From Erysipelotrichaceae bacterium (GTDB taxonomy: Bacteria > Bacillota_I > Bacilli_A > Erysipelotrichales > Erysipelotrichaceae), in assembly GCA_900759455.1 (NCBI GenBank), contig CAAEVI010000001.1, forward strand, positions 1,467-25,466: 24,000 nt of DNA, written 5' to 3'. Under the pieces are notes generated by a model. The model ran no database searches, was not told where the DNA came from, and saw only the letters and a program-made list of their open reading frames with translations. This document shows, in pieces, positions 8,738-15,994 of this stretch. The position numbers and the translations under genes are program-made. How positions within the stretch are numbered: position 1 is the first letter of the stretch; each line of letters opens with the position of its first letter.

Positions 8738-9548
8738 TGAGAGAAAACTAACGAAAAAAGAAATTAATAAAGTATTCTGGAGATCCTTTGGTCTGGAGTG
8801 GGACTGGAACTACGAAAGACAAATGAACATGGGCTATTGTTACTGCATGCTGCCGGTAATTGAAAAATTATATCCGAATAAAGAAGATCAAATTGCGGCA
8901 ATGGAACGTCATCTGGAATTCTTCAATACAACGCCTCAGCTTGCAACTTTGATCTTGGGTGTTAGTGCTGCCATGGAGGAAAACAATGCCAATGATCCGA
9001 ATTTCGATACAGAAAGCATCAACAATGTAAAAGTGTCATTGATGGGTCCTCTTGCCGGTATCGGAGATTCCTTTATCTGGGGGACACTTCGTATCATTGC
9101 CACAGGTGTAGGTCTGTCTTTAGCAACTCAGGGAAATATTTTGGGACCGATCCTGTTTTTACTGGTATTCAATATTCCGGCTCAGGGACTTCGCTGGTAT
9201 TTAATGCGCACCGGTTATAAGCTGGGAAGCACATTCCTGACGAAAATTCAGGCTTCCGGATTGATGGATAAGCTAACGTATGGAGCGAGTGTGTTAGGTT
9301 TAATTGTTGTGGGGGCAATGACAGCAGGAAATGTTGTGGTCAATTTCCCTTTAGCATTGGGATCAGGAGATGAAGCAACGACTGTCGGAAACATCTTGGA
9401 TTCTATTATGCCGGGTCTTGCACCGTTGATGTTTACCTTACTTGTTTACTGGCTGCTGAAAAAGAAAAATGTAAAAACAACGACATTATTGCTGATGTGT
9501 GTAGCAATCGGATTAATTGGATCATTCTTTGGAATTTTAGGTGTATAA
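8724..9548 (+). CDS. PTS mannose-family EIID membrane component
   Basis: The IID N-terminal signature is KKEINKVFWRSFGLEWDWNYERQMNMGYCYCMLPVIEKLYP. ATG 8724 follows GGAGGAGG and overlaps the IIC 3' end by 14 nt. The ORF-track start at 8682 is probably too far upstream. Confidence 0.85.
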   Translation: MTTSNERKLTKKEINKVFWRSFGLEWDWNYERQMNMGYCYCMLPVIEKLYPNKEDQIAAMERHLEFFNTTPQLATLILGVSAAMEENNANDPNFDTESINNVKVSLMGPLAGIGDSFIWGTLRIIATGVGLSLATQGNILGPILFLLVFNIPAQGLRWYLMRTGYKLGSTFLTKIQASGLMDKLTYGASVLGLIVVGAMTAGNVVVNFPLALGSGDEATTVGNILDSIMPGLAPLMFTLLVYWLLKKKNVKTTTLLLMCVAIGLIGSFFGILGV

Positions 9549-9561
9549 AAGGAGTATGAAT

Positions 9562-10557
9562 ATGATTAAATTTAATGAACAGGCAAAAATCGACAGTGTG
9601 AACGGAGCATTAGCTCTTCGTCCTAGAATCAATGAAATCGTAGATGAAATTTGCAAAAACGGATATTCCAACATTTGCTGGCTGGGTATCGGCGGAACGT
9701 GGGCCAGCAGCATGCAGGCTACTGTACACATGAAGGAAATCTCTGCAATTGAAACATGGGCAGAAAACGCTGCGGAATATCTAACAACAGGGAACAAACG
9801 TATCACCAAGGACACGGTTGTGGTCATCTCCAGTGTAACGGGAAACACAAAAGAAGTGGTAGATGCTGTAAAAAAAGTAAAAGAAATCGGTGCTCGTGTC
9901 ATTGGATTTGTGGATATTGAAAAAGCTGAACTTCTGGATCTGGCTGACTATAAGATTTCATACCCGATGAACGAACAGTTAAAATTTTTCATGGTAGCAG
10001 ACCGCTTTATGTATAATGCCGGAGAAATGCCGGAATATGATGAAATGTATGCAGAATACGATGCTCATTTGGCTCAGGCATTGGTCGATGTGGAAAAGAA
10101 GGCTGATTCATTCGCGCAGGAATTTGCCAAGAAACACTGGAATGATGAAATGCATTACTTTGTCGGTGCAGGAAATCAGTGGGGAGCTACTTATTCCTAT
10201 GCCATGTGTTATTGGGAAGAACAGCTGTGGTTAAAAACTAAATCTATTACGGCTCCGGAATTCTTCCATGGAATGTTTGAAATTGTTACCAAGGAAACGC
10301 CTGTTACAATCTTCGTAGGAGAAGACAGCCAGCGGCCTCTTTCTGAAAGAGTTGTAAACTTTATTCCTAGAATTTGTGCCAACTATACAGTTATCGATTC
10401 TAAGGATTACGAACTGAAAGGAATTAGCGAAAAATACAGAAAACATTTGTCTCACCATGTGATGCATGCGGTAAACAATCGAATTGACGTTCATATGGAA
10501 ATCGAAACACGCCATCCGATGGAAATCCGCCGCTATTATCGCCGTTTAGAATATTAA
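9562..10557 (+). CDS. SIS-domain sugar-amine-6-phosphate deglycase, FrlB/GfrE-like
   Basis: SIS motifs are present (ICWLGIGGTWASSMQA; VVISSVTGNTKEV; FFHGMFEIV). As I recall it, the C-terminal EIRRYYRRLEY resembles the E. coli FrlB C-terminus (RRYYGGLVEY). The start at ATG 9562 lies 8 nt after AAAGGAG. Confidence 0.7.
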   Translation: MIKFNEQAKIDSVNGALALRPRINEIVDEICKNGYSNICWLGIGGTWASSMQATVHMKEISAIETWAENAAEYLTTGNKRITKDTVVVISSVTGNTKEVVDAVKKVKEIGARVIGFVDIEKAELLDLADYKISYPMNEQLKFFMVADRFMYNAGEMPEYDEMYAEYDAHLAQALVDVEKKADSFAQEFAKKHWNDEMHYFVGAGNQWGATYSYAMCYWEEQLWLKTKSITAPEFFHGMFEIVTKETPVTIFVGEDSQRPLSERVVNFIPRICANYTVIDSKDYELKGISEKYRKHLSHHVMHAVNNRIDVHMEIETRHPMEIRRYYRRLEY

Positions 10558-10561
10558 GATC

Positions 10562-10588
10562 AAGGTGGAGAAATCCACCTTCTTTTTT
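10562..10588 (+). terminator. Intra-operon intrinsic terminator or attenuator between the two SIS genes
   Basis: Stem AAGGTGGA (10562-10569) pairs with TCCACCTT (10574-10581) around loop GAAA, followed by CTTTTTT. The RBS AGGAGG of the next gene comes immediately afterwards. Confidence 0.65.
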
Positions 10589-10599
10589 AGGAGGAAAAT

Positions 10600-11679
10600 A
10601 TGACTAAATATACAATGTTGGATTATGTCAAAGAAGCGCCGGAAGTCGCAAGAAAAAATATTCAACGATATCAGGAACTGGTTGATCCCCTTCTCAGTCT
10701 TATGCAGAAAAGAGAATACCGATCTATCTGGCTGGTTGCTTCCGGTTCCAGTTATAATGCCTGTTTTGCGGCAAGACCTTTTATGCGTAAAGTGTTGAAA
10801 AAGGAAGTAAAGATTATTACTCCCTATACTTTTACTTATTATGAACACGATGTAAAAGATGAAGATCTAGTTTTAGTTGTTACACAAAGCGGGCTGAGTA
10901 CAAATGCCATTGAAGCAATTCAGACTTTAAATAACATGGGACATATTTCCATTTGTTTAACAGGAAACGTGGAAAGTGATGTTAAAAATTATGCAACACT
11001 TGTGTTGGATTATGGTGTAGGTGAAGAACTGGTTGGCTATGTAACAAAAGGAGTTACCAGTTTATGTCTATTTTTAATTTTATTAAGCATTGCTTACGCA
11101 CATCAGGAAGGGTATCTGTCCGAGGTGGAAAAAGCTGTTAATTTAAATGAACAGATGATAGAAAAAACACTTCAGTTCATTCGCACAAATTATAAAGCTC
11201 TCTCTTCCATGAACTGGGTATACTCGATTGGAGCAGGTTCGAACTATGGGACAGCTTTGGAAAGTGCCTTGAAGATGGGAGAAACAATTCATATTCCAAG
11301 CTGTGCCTATGAAATTGAAGAATATATCCATGGTCCAAATCTTCAGTTGACACCGCAATACAATGTTTTTATCTATGATGAGAACGATGAAGCGTCAACG
11401 CGTGTGGAACAAATTTATAAAGCAACTTCTAAAGTGACAGATCGTGTATTCATGATCAGCGCCAATAAGAATTTTAAAAATGATAAGCGTGTAATTGTTC
11501 TGGAAGATGCTCCGCTTCCTGAGTTGTGTGCATTGGTATATCTTCCATTTGTTCAACTGGTTAGCTTTGTTATCTCGGACGAAACACACCGTATCAAGCA
11601 ACATCCGTTAATGAAGGAGTTTAAAACAATTGCTGCTGCTAAGACAGAAAACTTTGTGAATTATGATGAAGATGATTAA
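10600..11679 (+). CDS. Double-SIS-domain sugar-phosphate isomerase/deglycase, GlmS-isomerase/GfrF-like
   Basis: SIS motifs are SIWLVASGSSYNACFAARPF, LVLVVTQSGLSTNAIEA and ALKMGETIHIPSCAYEIEEYIHGPNLQL. The protein is 359 aa. Confidence 0.7.
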   Translation: MTKYTMLDYVKEAPEVARKNIQRYQELVDPLLSLMQKREYRSIWLVASGSSYNACFAARPFMRKVLKKEVKIITPYTFTYYEHDVKDEDLVLVVTQSGLSTNAIEAIQTLNNMGHISICLTGNVESDVKNYATLVLDYGVGEELVGYVTKGVTSLCLFLILLSIAYAHQEGYLSEVEKAVNLNEQMIEKTLQFIRTNYKALSSMNWVYSIGAGSNYGTALESALKMGETIHIPSCAYEIEEYIHGPNLQLTPQYNVFIYDENDEASTRVEQIYKATSKVTDRVFMISANKNFKNDKRVIVLEDAPLPELCALVYLPFVQLVSFVISDETHRIKQHPLMKEFKTIAAAKTENFVNYDEDD

Positions 11680-12328
11680 GGCGGTTATTTTTGATATGGA
11701 TGGTTTGATGTTTGATACAGAAAGACCATATATAGACTTATTGGTAAAAATATGCCGGGAAAGAAATTTAAATTTTCCGACAGAATATGTTCGAGAGCTG
11801 ATCGGAGTAAGCTCGGTTACGGTGGAAAAATATGAAAATAATTATCCCGGGATCATAGAAGCAATGAATCAGGTCGATAGAGATTATGATGATTATTTCT
11901 TTTCTTTATATCCGACGCCGGGAAGCGCAAATAAAAAAGGTTTGGAAGAACTTTTTGACTATCTTAATAAAAACGGGTATAAAAAAGCGATTGCTTCGAG
12001 TTCAAGAGAAAGACATATTAAAAATTTGGTACGATATTCAAATGTGGATATGAAATTAGATGCAATCGTATCAAGTCACAGTGATTTTCCTTCGAAGCCG
12101 GATCCTGCAGTCTTTATAGAAGCAGCAAAAAGGCTGGATGTGAATCCTGATGAATGTCTCGTGTTGGAAGACAGCAAATATGGAATTATGGCCGCTAATA
12201 GGGCAGGTATGCATAGAGTATGGATTCCGGACATGATAACGGATAGTTCCGATTTTCAGGATAATCTGGAATTCAAATGTAATGACCTATCTGAAGTGAT
12301 TTCTATATTAGAAACAGCATTATCTTAA
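11663..12328 (+). CDS. HAD-superfamily phosphatase, subfamily IA (beta-phosphoglucomutase-like)
   Basis: Motif I is VIFDMDGLMFDTE, motif II is AIASSS, and motifs III/IV are K...LVLEDSKYGIMAANRAGM. The start overlaps the 3' end of the preceding gene. Alternative ATGs lie at 11666 and 11672. Confidence 0.8.
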   Translation: MMKMIKAVIFDMDGLMFDTERPYIDLLVKICRERNLNFPTEYVRELIGVSSVTVEKYENNYPGIIEAMNQVDRDYDDYFFSLYPTPGSANKKGLEELFDYLNKNGYKKAIASSSRERHIKNLVRYSNVDMKLDAIVSSHSDFPSKPDPAVFIEAAKRLDVNPDECLVLEDSKYGIMAANRAGMHRVWIPDMITDSSDFQDNLEFKCNDLSEVISILETALS

Positions 12329-12468
12329 ATGAGATGTATTATGAGTGATACTATAGTTATGACGATTATAAGAAAAACCGGTTAAATTGTTTTACTTTCA
12401 AAAGGTTGCAGAAACAAAAATGATAAAGTAAGATTATGTTCTTTATCGATCATTCGTATAGTAAAAAA

Positions 12469-12493
12469 GCAGAATCATTTTCTGCTTTTTTTT
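12469..12493. terminator. Bidirectional-looking Rho-independent terminator closing the sigma-54 PTS operon
   Basis: Stem GCAGAA (12469-12474) pairs with TTCTGC (12480-12485) around loop TCATT. It is flanked by A6 upstream and T8 downstream. Confidence 0.7.
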
Positions 12494-12857
12494 GAGATAA
12501 TTATATGTTGAAGGTGATCTTCCGTATGAGTGATTGTTGTAATGTGATAAGCATGTCGTTTTTCTTATAAGGTCTGTTTGGTCATAAGAATCTATCGTTC
12601 AAAATAAACATAGTAAATATTGAAGGTTTTTTATCCATGAGAGAGCCTAACTCTGTATACTATATAGATAATGAGAAACAAGGATATTAAGTAATATTTT
12701 ATTTCACTGGAAAAGTATATATTATATAATTTTCTAATGTAAAAGGGGATTAAATATTATTTAGTTTATTCCTTATTATATAGTGAATTGTCCATTAATG
12801 AAATCATATGTGTTAAAATAAATAAAGCTTAGATAATGTGAGTATTGAGGTGTTTAG

Positions 12858-14750
12858 ATGCTGATTTATGAAGGAACAAAGGATAATTTTTTAATGAGTG
12901 TAGAGCAAGATACAATTGCAGTAGAAATAGAGAACAATATTTATGAAAGAATGCATCGCCATACAGCGAAAAATGAATTTCGTGCATGGGAAAATTCTAT
13001 GGAATACATGTATAAGGTTTTGAATGATCGAGAGATTCCGTCGGATGCGGGGATTGCTATAGAGTATAATATTCCACAGACATCTAAACGGGTGGATTTT
13101 TTAATATCGGGGTATGGAAAAAAAGAAAGTGCTAATATTGTTTTAATTGAATTAAAACAATGGGATGAACTGGAGGCGATTCCAGGACGGGATGGTCTGG
13201 TAGAAACGTACACCGGAAATGCTTTAAGACAAGTTGTACATCCATCTTATCAGGCGTGGTCATACGCAATGCTAATTAGTGATTATAATGCTTCTGTGCA
13301 GGAAGGAATGGTATCCATTCGCCCTTGTGCATATTTACATAACTACAGACGACATGATCAAGACCCGCTTGATGCTGAGCAGTATGCAATTTATCTCGAA
13401 GATGCCCCGACGTTTACACGTGGGGAAGTTACTAAGTTAAGAGAATTTATTAAGAAAAACATACAAACAGGGGATAATAAAGAATTGATTTATAAGATTG
13501 ATTCAGGTCGCATCAAGCCTTCGAAAAGCCTTCAAGATTCCATTGCAAAAATGTTGAAAGGTAACCGTGAGTTTATCATGTTGGATGAACAAAAAGTTAT
13601 TTATGAAGAAGTCTTAAATGAAGCAAGGCAATCCGTTAAAGATGAAAAAAAGAGGGTTTTAATTATCAAAGGAGGACCGGGAACCGGTAAAAGTGTTGTC
13701 GCAATTAATCTGCTTGCCCAATTAACAAAAGAAGATCAGTTTTGCCAGTATGTATCAAAGAATTCGGCACCGAGAAATGTGTATCGCAAAAAATTAAAAG
13801 GAAGTATTAGGAAAAGCAGTGTTGATAATATGTTTAAAAGCTCAGGTGTTTATACTGAAACTGAAAGTAATATGATTGATACGATTCTTGTAGATGAAGC
13901 ACATCGATTAAATGAAAAATCAGGAATGTTTCATAACATAGGAGAGAATCAGATTAAGGAAATCATTCATTCGGCAAAATGCAGTGTATTCTTTATTGAC
14001 GAAAGTCAAAGGGTTACACTTCAAGATATAGGTCGAATCTCAGAGATAAAAAAATGGGCAGAAAAAGAAAATGCACGGGTAAAAGAAATGGAATTGGCAT
14101 CACAGTTCAGGTGTAACGGCTCAAATGGATATCTAGCATGGTTGGATCACATATTGCAAATTCGGGATACTGCCAACTATGATATGGAAGGAATAGATTA
14201 TGAAATCCGGATTATTGATTCTCCAAAAGAAATGCAGGAATTAATTGTTGATAAAAATCGCATTTCAAAAAATAAAGCAAGAATTTTAGCAGGTTATTGT
14301 TGGGACTGGAAAAAAGAAGGTGTAAATGATACCTCAGTACACGATATCATAATTGATGATTTTGAGATTAGCTGGAATTTAAAAAATACAACTACTTTTG
14401 CGATAGATGATGATTCTATCAATGAAGCAGGATGTATCCATACTTCCCAAGGATTAGAATTTGATTATGTGGGGGTTATTATTGGTAATGACATGCGTTA
14501 TGAAAATGGAAAAATCATTACAGACTTTACAAAAAGAGCAAAAACAGATCAATCATTGAAAGGTATAAAAAAATTATATAAAGAAAATCCAGAGTTTGCG
14601 AAAAAAGAAGCAGATGAAATTATAAAAAACACATATCGTACATTGATGACACGTGGTATGAAAGGTTGTTATGTATATTGTACAGATTCTCAGCTGTCTG
14701 ATTACTTTAAGGAATGTTTGAAGATACAAAAAAGTGAGGATAAGAAATGA
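12858..14750 (+). CDS. DUF2075 / Schlafen-group-3-type P-loop helicase with an N-terminal PD-(D/E)xK-like nuclease motif
   Basis: The N-terminal region reads E69...D80(RVDFLISG)...E98-L-K100(LIELKQW), a D-x(n)-ExK pattern. Walker A is GGPGTGKS (K278; nt 13671-13694) and Walker B is ILVDEAHRL (nt 13893-13904). The DUF2075-typical segments FFIDESQ and SQFRCNGSNGYLAWLD are present. SF1-like C-terminal motifs are CIHTSQGLEFDYVGVIIG and YRTLMTRGMKGCYVY. The RBS is GAGGTG. Confidence 0.8.
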   Translation: MLIYEGTKDNFLMSVEQDTIAVEIENNIYERMHRHTAKNEFRAWENSMEYMYKVLNDREIPSDAGIAIEYNIPQTSKRVDFLISGYGKKESANIVLIELKQWDELEAIPGRDGLVETYTGNALRQVVHPSYQAWSYAMLISDYNASVQEGMVSIRPCAYLHNYRRHDQDPLDAEQYAIYLEDAPTFTRGEVTKLREFIKKNIQTGDNKELIYKIDSGRIKPSKSLQDSIAKMLKGNREFIMLDEQKVIYEEVLNEARQSVKDEKKRVLIIKGGPGTGKSVVAINLLAQLTKEDQFCQYVSKNSAPRNVYRKKLKGSIRKSSVDNMFKSSGVYTETESNMIDTILVDEAHRLNEKSGMFHNIGENQIKEIIHSAKCSVFFIDESQRVTLQDIGRISEIKKWAEKENARVKEMELASQFRCNGSNGYLAWLDHILQIRDTANYDMEGIDYEIRIIDSPKEMQELIVDKNRISKNKARILAGYCWDWKKEGVNDTSVHDIIIDDFEISWNLKNTTTFAIDDDSINEAGCIHTSQGLEFDYVGVIIGNDMRYENGKIITDFTKRAKTDQSLKGIKKLYKENPEFAKKEADEIIKNTYRTLMTRGMKGCYVYCTDSQLSDYFKECLKIQKSEDKK

Positions 14751-15094
14751 ACAAGGAAACAATAGAGAAGGTCTTAAAATTCAGAGATGATCGGAACTGG
14801 AAACAGTTTCATAACCCGAAAGATTTAGCAGTCTCCATTAGTTTGGAAGCGGCAGAACTGCTTGAGGTATTTCAGTGGAGTGCAGATGATGTCTGGTGTA
14901 AAGAGAAACAGGATAAAATCCGAGAAGAACTGGCAGATGTGTTGAATTACTGTATTTTAATGGCAGATACTTGTGGATTAGATATGGATGAAATTATATT
15001 GGAAAAGGTAAAGAAAAATGCTGAAAAATATCCGATAGAAAAAGCTTATGGACATAAGGAAAAATATACTGAGCTAACAAAAGAAAAAAACTGA
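14747..15094 (+). CDS. MazG-like all-alpha NTP pyrophosphohydrolase, DCTPP1/RS21-C6 type
   Basis: FRDDRNWKQFHNPKDLAVSISLEAAELLEVFQW closely follows the DCTPP1 pattern (F..ERDW.QFH.P.NL...L..E.GEL.E.FQW). The EXXE (E34/E37) and EXXD (E61/D64) metal motifs are intact. The start overlaps the upstream stop (ATGA, 14747-14750). Confidence 0.8.
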   Translation: MNKETIEKVLKFRDDRNWKQFHNPKDLAVSISLEAAELLEVFQWSADDVWCKEKQDKIREELADVLNYCILMADTCGLDMDEIILEKVKKNAEKYPIEKAYGHKEKYTELTKEKN

Positions 15095-15141
15095 TATTTC
15101 ATTAAAATATATTAAAACAGTATTTTAAACGAGGTGGTGAA

Positions 15142-15990
15142 ATGAGCTTTAAAGATCAGACATCAAAAGATGACAAAGGGAAGGCGTTTTCTGCTGAGCA
15201 GGTCATTGTTTTTCCCGGGATTGAAAACTTAAAAAAAGAAGTGGAGAAAATGCGTACGGAGCTGTCTATGCTTTTATTGGAGCGGGATGAGTTGCTGCTT
15301 GTGATTTGTCCGAATATTGAAACTGATTATATGTTGAAATTAGGAAATATCGAATATAAGGCCTATGAAGCAATGTGTGCCATGCTTCGTTTAAAACGTA
15401 AGATCGAACTGCTTCAGGCAAAAAGAAACAGACAGGAAAACATTGTTCTCATTGATATTGAGAAAGTGTTGGATGAAGAGTTCGTCGAATATCAGAGACA
15501 GTTGGAAGAACAGTTGAACAAAATGAATGAAGCACTACACCGAAGCCGTTTAGAGGCTTTGTCACAGGAAGATACACGGGAGCTTAAAAAGCTTTACCGC
15601 AAAATCATGAAGCTGTTACATCCGGATCTCAATCCAGGTCTTTCGAAATCAAAAACAGAATTGTTTCATCATGCGGTCAGTGCCTATAAGAACGGCGATC
15701 TGGATACGCTACGCATGATCTTTGAAATGGTTGGAGATGATCCGCTGCCAGAGCTGAAAAGTGACGCAATGACACAGCTGACAGAAGAAAAAGAACGTTT
15801 GAAGGATTTGCTGAAATCAATCACAGACAGCATCGAAAAGATAAAGTCAAGCTATCCGTATACCTTGAAAGAACTTCTTGAAGATGAAAAGCAGATAAAA
15901 GAAAAGAAGCAGGAATCTGAAGATATTTTGAAGCAGTATCAGGAAATGATCGCGCTTTATAAAAGAAGGATCGAAGAGATACTGAGGTGA
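15142..15990 (+). CDS. Coiled-coil protein with an internal J-domain (DnaJ-like, HPD motif)
   Basis: LKKLYRKIMKLLHPDLNPGLSKSKTELFHHAVSAYKNGDLDTL matches J-domain helix II, HPD and helix III (HPD at nt 15619-15627; aa 160-162). The flanking regions have heptad-like charged sequence. The RBS is GAGGTGG. Confidence 0.7.
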   Translation: MSFKDQTSKDDKGKAFSAEQVIVFPGIENLKKEVEKMRTELSMLLLERDELLLVICPNIETDYMLKLGNIEYKAYEAMCAMLRLKRKIELLQAKRNRQENIVLIDIEKVLDEEFVEYQRQLEEQLNKMNEALHRSRLEALSQEDTRELKKLYRKIMKLLHPDLNPGLSKSKTELFHHAVSAYKNGDLDTLRMIFEMVGDDPLPELKSDAMTQLTEEKERLKDLLKSITDSIEKIKSSYPYTLKELLEDEKQIKEKKQESEDILKQYQEMIALYKRRIEEILR

Positions 15991-15994
15991 TGAG

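Noticed and set aside
12341-12534. The 10-mer TATGAGTGAT occurs twice (12341-12350 and 12525-12534) in the AT-rich leader, raising the possibility of direct repeats or att-like sites.
   Set aside because: The repeat is short and lies in low-complexity AT-rich sequence. The two copies do not flank any gene or element, so chance is the simplest explanation.
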